Shown: piece by piece, positions 44,134 to 48,589 of the stretch | Position numbering within the stretch: position 1 is the stretch's first letter | Layout of the letters: every line of letters begins with the position of its first letter | IMG/VR virus record: IMGVR_UViG_3300025389_000029 | Coordinates: 1 to 48,589 of that record | Direction: 5' to 3' (one strand) | Length of the DNA stretch: 48,589 nucleotides | From: a virus | Taxonomy: Duplodnaviria > Caudoviricetes | Made by a program: the position numbers and the translations under genes | Notes under the pieces: model-generated | Databases searched by the model: none | Told to the model about the DNA's origin: nothing | The model's input: the letters and a program-made list of their open reading frames with translations, nothing else

Positions 44134-44721
44134 TTAGATAGCGTTAACGGTTGAAATGAACTGTGGCTTGCTGACCTGTACGCGAACTACGACGTATGGA
44201 TCACCCCAGTTGTTGCCCGGAATCGGAGCAAGGTCAACAATACGGAATTGACCAGCAGAACCTGAACCGACCAGTGAGGCGGAGAGGGTCATCTGTGACA
44301 AACCTGTAGTTGTCGAACCAGCAGTGAAGTTGCTCAGGTTGGCTTCGTTACCGATAGCTGTTTGAGCCATAGTGCCGTCTGTCTGGATTTCATAAACGAT
44401 CTGTTGATCATTGTAGAAATAAGCGACGATACTACCTGCGATTGCAGTGGTGGAGGCGGGCCAATAATTCGACACGCGACGACGACCAGTTGTATCTGTC
44501 CACTCTACGCCAGCAAAGCTGCCAGAGACGAGACCAGAGTTTGTGGTTGTATCCAGAACTGGAAGAATGACACCAGCGTTTGGCGAATACTGGACAGCCT
44601 GACCTTTCAGGATGTTCGTAGCATAGCCAGAGGTAATTCCGTTGGCAAGCGCCTGAGCACGATCCAAGCCAGTTGGATGAAATGCAGGTCGCAGACCAAA
44701 AGGTGCAGAGGTTGCACTCAT
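44134..44721 (-). CDS. Putative minor capsid / cement protein
   Basis: 195 aa with APFGLRP, G.F.GVE.TD and GST.TG.S; directly upstream of the capsid gene; AGGAG RBS. Confidence 0.65.
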   Translation of the reverse strand: MSATSAPFGLRPAFHPTGLDRAQALANGITSGYATNILKGQAVQYSPNAGVILPVLDTTTNSGLVSGSFAGVEWTDTTGRRRVSNYWPASTTAIAGSIVAYFYNDQQIVYEIQTDGTMAQTAIGNEANLSNFTAGSTTTGLSQMTLSASLVGSGSAGQFRIVDLAPIPGNNWGDPYVVVRVQVSKPQFISTVNAI

Positions 44722-44756
44722 AGGATGCTCCTAAAAATAGTTGAAGGACAATTTTG

Positions 44757-44875
44757 TTTTCGGCTTTATTCAAAGCATCAGGCAAAATCACCTTGGAACG
44801 TGATTTTTAGGGTACTAATTCTGTTGATCACCCGCCTTGTACAAAGCAGGTGATCTTTCGAGCATTATGCACTCA
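44757..44875 (-). promoter_or_regulatory. Multi-hairpin leader upstream of capsid operon
   Basis: Minus-strand stems GATCACCTGCTT/AGGCGGGTGATC, AAAATCAC/GTGATTTT and GCTTT/AAAGC. Confidence 0.5.
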
Positions 44876-44895
44876 ATAAATAAATAAAACAACCA

Positions 44896-45432
44896 TTATT
44901 CAAAGAATGGCGCAGGCGCATCTTTCTCGCCATCGATCAGGTCACCTTCGGCGCGAATCAAGCTCTTGCCATTGCTGTCGCGAGCTGAATTCAGCAGTTG
45001 TTCTTGCTGAACGCGAATCTTGCCTGCCTCTTCCATTGGTTGATAGTGATGCTTCTCAGCCATGTAATCCTGATAGATATCCATCGGGAGTTTGTAGAGG
45101 ATCATCTCGTTGCAGGAGATGTGACCGACGTGCTCACCTTCCTTGACCTTGAGGTGCTCCATACCCTCGAGCTCATCGCACAACACCGCCTGATAACCCA
45201 AGCGCATGCGGCTGTGGATGGTGTCGTACTGGTTGGTGGTCGATAACCAGCAGTAATGCCAGTTTGGATCGCCTACTACCTTCGGCAGCGCTTCCTGAGT
45301 GAACTCTGACTGGAAGCGACGACGACGGGTTGGTGCTGATGCCAGTGCATCATCAGCCGAGGCGCGTGATTTGTCTACTGCTGCGCGGTTTTGACGACCT
45401 GCGCCACTGTTCTTACGGATACGGTCATCCAT
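44896..45432 (-). CDS. Hypothetical head-module protein
   Basis: 178 aa with LP.....WHYCWL.....D....R.RLGY..V and EM.L.K.P. Confidence 0.7.
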   Translation of the reverse strand: MDDRIRKNSGAGRQNRAAVDKSRASADDALASAPTRRRRFQSEFTQEALPKVVGDPNWHYCWLSTTNQYDTIHSRMRLGYQAVLCDELEGMEHLKVKEGEHVGHISCNEMILYKLPMDIYQDYMAEKHHYQPMEEAGKIRVQQEQLLNSARDSNGKSLIRAEGDLIDGEKDAPAPFFE

Positions 45433-45434
45433 GA

Positions 45435-46421
45435 TTATCTTCCTTTGTTCTGACGGTCATATTCAACAAAGCGCTGGATCATTTTCTTGCGCTTCTCTGG
45501 ATCATCCCACACACCCATCTCTTTGATGGCGGCAACACGCTCTGGAGAGAGTGTGAAGTTGTTCCCGCTGCGTGTAGGTGACGATTCCCTGCCTGTGCCT
45601 GTGACGGCTGAGCGTGGACGCTCTCGTTGCATGGTTGCACCCCGTTTGTTGCCACTATCGTAGCGATGTGGCAGATATTTCGACAGGCGCGTGTCCAATT
45701 CATCCCAATAATCTGGGCTGGATGGGTCATACCCCTCTGCTGTCAGACGCTTATCAATCGTTTGCGTCATTTCAGAGTCGATATCCTTGCCTGCGGGGTC
45801 ATACCATGTGTTTTTAGCCATCCAATCTGCTGCATTACGCTGCACAGTGGGGTCGGGAAGCTGAATATTCTGTCTCTGGGGCTGAGACATCTGCTTCGTG
45901 GCGTTTTCCTTGATGTTTTTGAGTGCTTCATACTTTCGCATCGACTCATACATCAATTCCTGCGCACGAACCATCGACTCGCCGTCCTGAGACGCGACCG
46001 CTTCCTTCATTTTCATCTTGGCGTACTCAATCTGCACCTGCGTGTCGTCCATCACCTTCTCGACACGCGCTAATTCAGCGCCAGATGTGCGTGTTTCGAG
46101 GTTTGCAAGCCTCTCCGCCAACTGTTGATTCTGCTTTTTGAGGGCATTGATCAAATGGTTGGACTCTTTCGCCTTCTCGCGGTGAATTTGCTTCTTGAGT
46201 TTGCGCTCTTCGCGACGTGCTTCACGGATCGCCTCACGATCAGGGTCATTATTCAGACCATCATCGCCTTCGTCACCGTCATCATCGTCGTCTACAGAGC
46301 CGCCTTGTGCCATTGGCTGCGCTTCTGGCTTTGCATCACCCTCTTCCAAGGGCAATTCGACCGTCGCGCTACCGTCTGACGCCTCTTCGACCTGCATTTC
46401 CATCTTATCTGTTGAGTTCAT
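45435..46421 (-). CDS. Putative scaffolding protein of phage B
   Basis: 328 aa with an acidic N-terminus, long coiled coil, W...N.WY, GYDP.S.DYW.ELD.R and a C-terminal helix-turn-helix. Confidence 0.7.
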   Translation of the reverse strand: MNSTDKMEMQVEEASDGSATVELPLEEGDAKPEAQPMAQGGSVDDDDDGDEGDDGLNNDPDREAIREARREERKLKKQIHREKAKESNHLINALKKQNQQLAERLANLETRTSGAELARVEKVMDDTQVQIEYAKMKMKEAVASQDGESMVRAQELMYESMRKYEALKNIKENATKQMSQPQRQNIQLPDPTVQRNAADWMAKNTWYDPAGKDIDSEMTQTIDKRLTAEGYDPSSPDYWDELDTRLSKYLPHRYDSGNKRGATMQRERPRSAVTGTGRESSPTRSGNNFTLSPERVAAIKEMGVWDDPEKRKKMIQRFVEYDRQNKGR

Positions 46422-46864
46422 GCTGTTTCCTTAATTAAACATTCAGAAACAATTTTTTTGGATGACATTGTTGAAACAATAGCTTGCGCCATAATCAATA
46501 ATTGATCATCATTCATAATGTTTCTAAATGCATTTACGCACATACAAACAAGTCGCACGTTCCCATGAACATAATCTTTTTCATTATCTATTCTGTCCAC
46601 AGAAATAGACGTTGGCGTAGTTTTTCCGCCAGCCCAAGTCATACGAACTCCAGATAATGCGCAACAACCTTCTTGCTGATCGTAAATTTCCATTAAATAT
46701 TCAATGTCAATTTCTACGTTTCTACGCCTTTTCGCTTGTTGCAAAATTGCATTAAAACTTTGGGTTGGCGTTTTTTTATGACGTGCCTTCTGTTTTGCTA
46801 ATTGCTCTGCTTTGTTACGTTGAAACCAATCAGCGTGGTATTGTTGCTTTTTGAGTTTGTCCAT
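46418..46864 (-). CDS. HNH-type homing endonuclease
   Basis: Q.G.CALSG, S.DRID....Y..GNV.LVC...N; AT-rich island in a GC-rich operon. Confidence 0.8.
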   Translation of the reverse strand: MDKLKKQQYHADWFQRNKAEQLAKQKARHKKTPTQSFNAILQQAKRRRNVEIDIEYLMEIYDQQEGCCALSGVRMTWAGGKTTPTSISVDRIDNEKDYVHGNVRLVCMCVNAFRNIMNDDQLLIMAQAIVSTMSSKKIVSECLIKETA

Positions 46865-47271
46865 TACAGGAACGCCTTAACTTTCAAGGGATCGCCAGTC
46901 ACCTTAGAGATGACCTCATGATCGTTAAAAACGGAGAACAGCGCCATGTTTTGCTCGCCATTCACCACCTCACCGTAGGGTACTTCCCATCGGTCACCGC
47001 CCCATTTTGGAACGCGCACATAATCGCCCACTTCTGCCCAAGTGCCTTCAGCCCAAGGGAGTAAAGTGTCGCGGTTTTTGTATGCAAGGGGGCCAAGCGC
47101 GACGATTTTCGCTACTTGCGTGTTCCACTTCTCGGTCTCCTTGGTGTCTTCCACCAAAATGATTCCGCTGTCCGTGGTTTTCTTTGGGACTTGCTTGAAC
47201 TGAACTAATACCCGACCACCAAGGGGGGTACAGCCAGAGTCTACGGATGGAAATGCTTCTTCAAGCGTCAT
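46864..47271 (-). CDS. GroES-like co-chaperonin
   Basis: PLGGRVLV, T.SGIIL, IVALGP, VGDYV....GG, +ND.EVI..V. Confidence 0.85.
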   Translation of the reverse strand: MTLEEAFPSVDSGCTPLGGRVLVQFKQVPKKTTDSGIILVEDTKETEKWNTQVAKIVALGPLAYKNRDTLLPWAEGTWAEVGDYVRVPKWGGDRWEVPYGEVVNGEQNMALFSVFNDHEVISKVTGDPLKVKAFL

Positions 47272-47321
47272 TCGACACTCCTTTTCAATAGCTCTATTCA
47301 GAGCGGGTGGTACTACAAACT

Positions 47322-47489
47322 TCAGTCTTCCTTCAGCAGCTCATCGAGAATATCCAGAGCTTCTCCAAGCCCCTGATAAATCCCTACCATTCTCTGGTAT
47401 GACTCGATATTTATAGCGTTGCCGTTGGCAAGCGAGAGGGCGATCTCGTCGCGCCTCTGCTTGAGTTGATGGATTAGCCTACCTTCCAC
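47322..47489 (-). CDS. Small helical hypothetical protein
   Basis: L..G.A...E.Y.R.VG...GL..AL pattern upstream of the GroES-like gene; GTG start uncertain. Confidence 0.6.
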   Translation of the reverse strand: MEGRLIHQLKQRRDEIALSLANGNAINIESYQRMVGIYQGLGEALDILDELLKED

Positions 47490-47781
47490 GACCTGCCGCC
47501 TTGCGCATAGGTACAGCGATGGCAACTGTCAAGCCGACACCCTTTTTAGGAGGCACAGCGCCGCCTTTCTTCAGGGTAGCAATCTTGCCAGCCATACCTG
47601 CTGCTGGGCGTGCGAGTGGTGGGGGCGATGAGTTCTTTGCTGGCAGAGTTGACACGCCTTTCTCAGACATGACTGCGCCGCCTTTGGCGAATTTAGCTAC
47701 TTTGCCGCCAGACTTCATGGTGTTTGCTTCGCCCATGCCATACATAGCCATGCGCTTGTGCATACGAATTGCTTCAGACAT
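47479..47781 (-). CDS. Basic 100-aa protein with three xxGG motifs
   Basis: ATG 47781 with AAGGAG RBS; MKSGG, FAKGG, LKKGG. Confidence 0.7.
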   Translation of the reverse strand: MSEAIRMHKRMAMYGMGEANTMKSGGKVAKFAKGGAVMSEKGVSTLPAKNSSPPPLARPAAGMAGKIATLKKGGAVPPKKGVGLTVAIAVPMRKAAGRGR

Positions 47782-48589
47782 TTTGTACTCCTTCAGGTGG
47801 TTGGGGTTGTTGCGCAGCCTGCTGTGCGGCAAGTTGCTGTACTTGTTGCGCTTGCTGCGCCTGCTGTGCCATAGCAGCCTGCTGTTCGGCTTGCTGCTGT
47901 TGCATTTCAAATTGCTTCTCAATCGTCAGGACATTGACATCATGAGTGATCTCCGCTGCCTTCTCTTGCTCGGCGGCGACCAATTCCTGCATCTTGAGCT
48001 TGCCGTCTTGCGCGAGCTTAGCTTGATCAAGCTGGATGCGTTGCTGATCTGCCTGACCTTTGCGCTGCGTCTCAGCCATCTGCGTCTGCACCAGCGCCTG
48101 TACTGACGGATCAGTAGGTTGCTGCTGCTGGCGGAGCTGCTGCATCATCTGCATCATTTGCTGCATGACTGGCTGGACTCCACCGAACTGCTGTGGGACG
48201 TCCATAAATACATGCTGCGAGGATGCCGCGAGCAACTGCTGGGCTTCTTTGATGATTGGCTCTTCCTTCAGGATGTTGAACTTGCGACCAAGCGCTTGGC
48301 TGGTGTGCATGTCCATCTGATCCAGATACCAGAGAGTCAGGTGCTGCTTGAGGTGCTCCAGACCTGCAGGCATGAACACAGGCGCGATGATTGGGTTTGA
48401 GCCATACATCGGGTTTCGTGCGTAGTCGAGCAGGACTTGGATGTGCGCGAGGTGGTCTTGACCGGGGAACGCGCCGACGGGTTTACCCAGCGTCATTGCC
48501 ACGTTCTCTAGCGCAGGGTTCATCTGCTTAACATCTTGCGGATCAGGTAGCACTTCATTCGTATCAGGAATCTTGAGCTGCTTAAGAAT
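47774..48589 (-). CDS. Portal protein of phage B, C-terminal part (5' truncated)
   Basis: Frame open to the window edge (ILKQLKIPD...). ENVAM..GKP..AFP.QDH.AHI..L motif and a Gln-rich coiled-coil barrel; lies upstream of scaffold and capsid. Confidence 0.75.
   Translation of the reverse strand: MLKQLKIPDTNEVLPDPQDVKQMNPALENVAMTLGKPVGAFPGQDHLAHIQVLLDYARNPMYGSNPIIAPVFMPAGLEHLKQHLTLWYLDQMDMHTSQALGRKFNILKEEPIIKEAQQLLAASSQHVFMDVPQQFGGVQPVMQQMMQMMQQLRQQQQPTDPSVQALVQTQMAETQRKGQADQQRIQLDQAKLAQDGKLKMQELVAAEQEKAAEITHDVNVLTIEKQFEMQQQQAEQQAAMAQQAQQAQQVQQLAAQQAAQQPQPPEGVQNV

Larger units (their letters stand above)
34826..48589 (-). mobile_element. Phage B: partial structural operon of a second tailed phage
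   Basis: Second portal, scaffold, major capsid and adaptor with no visible similarity to those of phage A. GC is higher by eye and the RBSs are mostly AGGAG-type. Confidence 0.85.

Noticed and set aside
41246-48400. Long plus-strand ORFs (e.g. 41246-41881, 44362-44853, 47501-48106) and similar shadows at 4853-5356 and 9127-9657
   Set aside because: Antisense shadows of well-supported minus-strand genes with biased codon use; no motifs or RBS.

Overview
The window is all tailed-phage DNA but holds two different head-morphogenesis modules. Segment A (1-34825) reads as a complete, circularly permuted 34,825-bp podovirus-like genome. It carries a terminase, portal, scaffold, major capsid, adaptor, tail nozzle, fibres, four putative ejection proteins, a GH108 lysin with holin, YqaJ/RecT-like/RusA recombination genes, a glycosyltransferase plus methyltransferase and many tiny early genes. 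No polymerase, helicase, primase, initiator or integrase is recognisable in it. Segment B (about 34826-48589, visibly more GC-rich) is the partial structural operon of a second phage with a different head gene set: portal C-terminus, GroES-like protein, scaffold, major capsid, adaptor, fibre and two HNH genes. The segments are joined through a shared tail-fibre stretch. Bases 1-223 recur at 34826-35048, identical for exactly 127 nt and then with 5 mismatches, so two different fibre N-termini feed in frame into one C-terminus. This points to fibre-module sharing between two phages, and to either a k=127 assembly chimera (more likely) or a true cointegrate. Other candidates are a C4-like antisense RNA followed by a structured non-coding tract in a genome with no replication gene, a hairpin-flanked 12-aa Arg/Lys peptide gene, a secreted 6-Cys mini-protein, an HNH that appears to have captured its neighbour's C-terminus, and a recurring hydrophobic-x-x-GG motif in phage B head-region proteins. 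All functional calls come from motif recognition and gene order only; no database searches were run.
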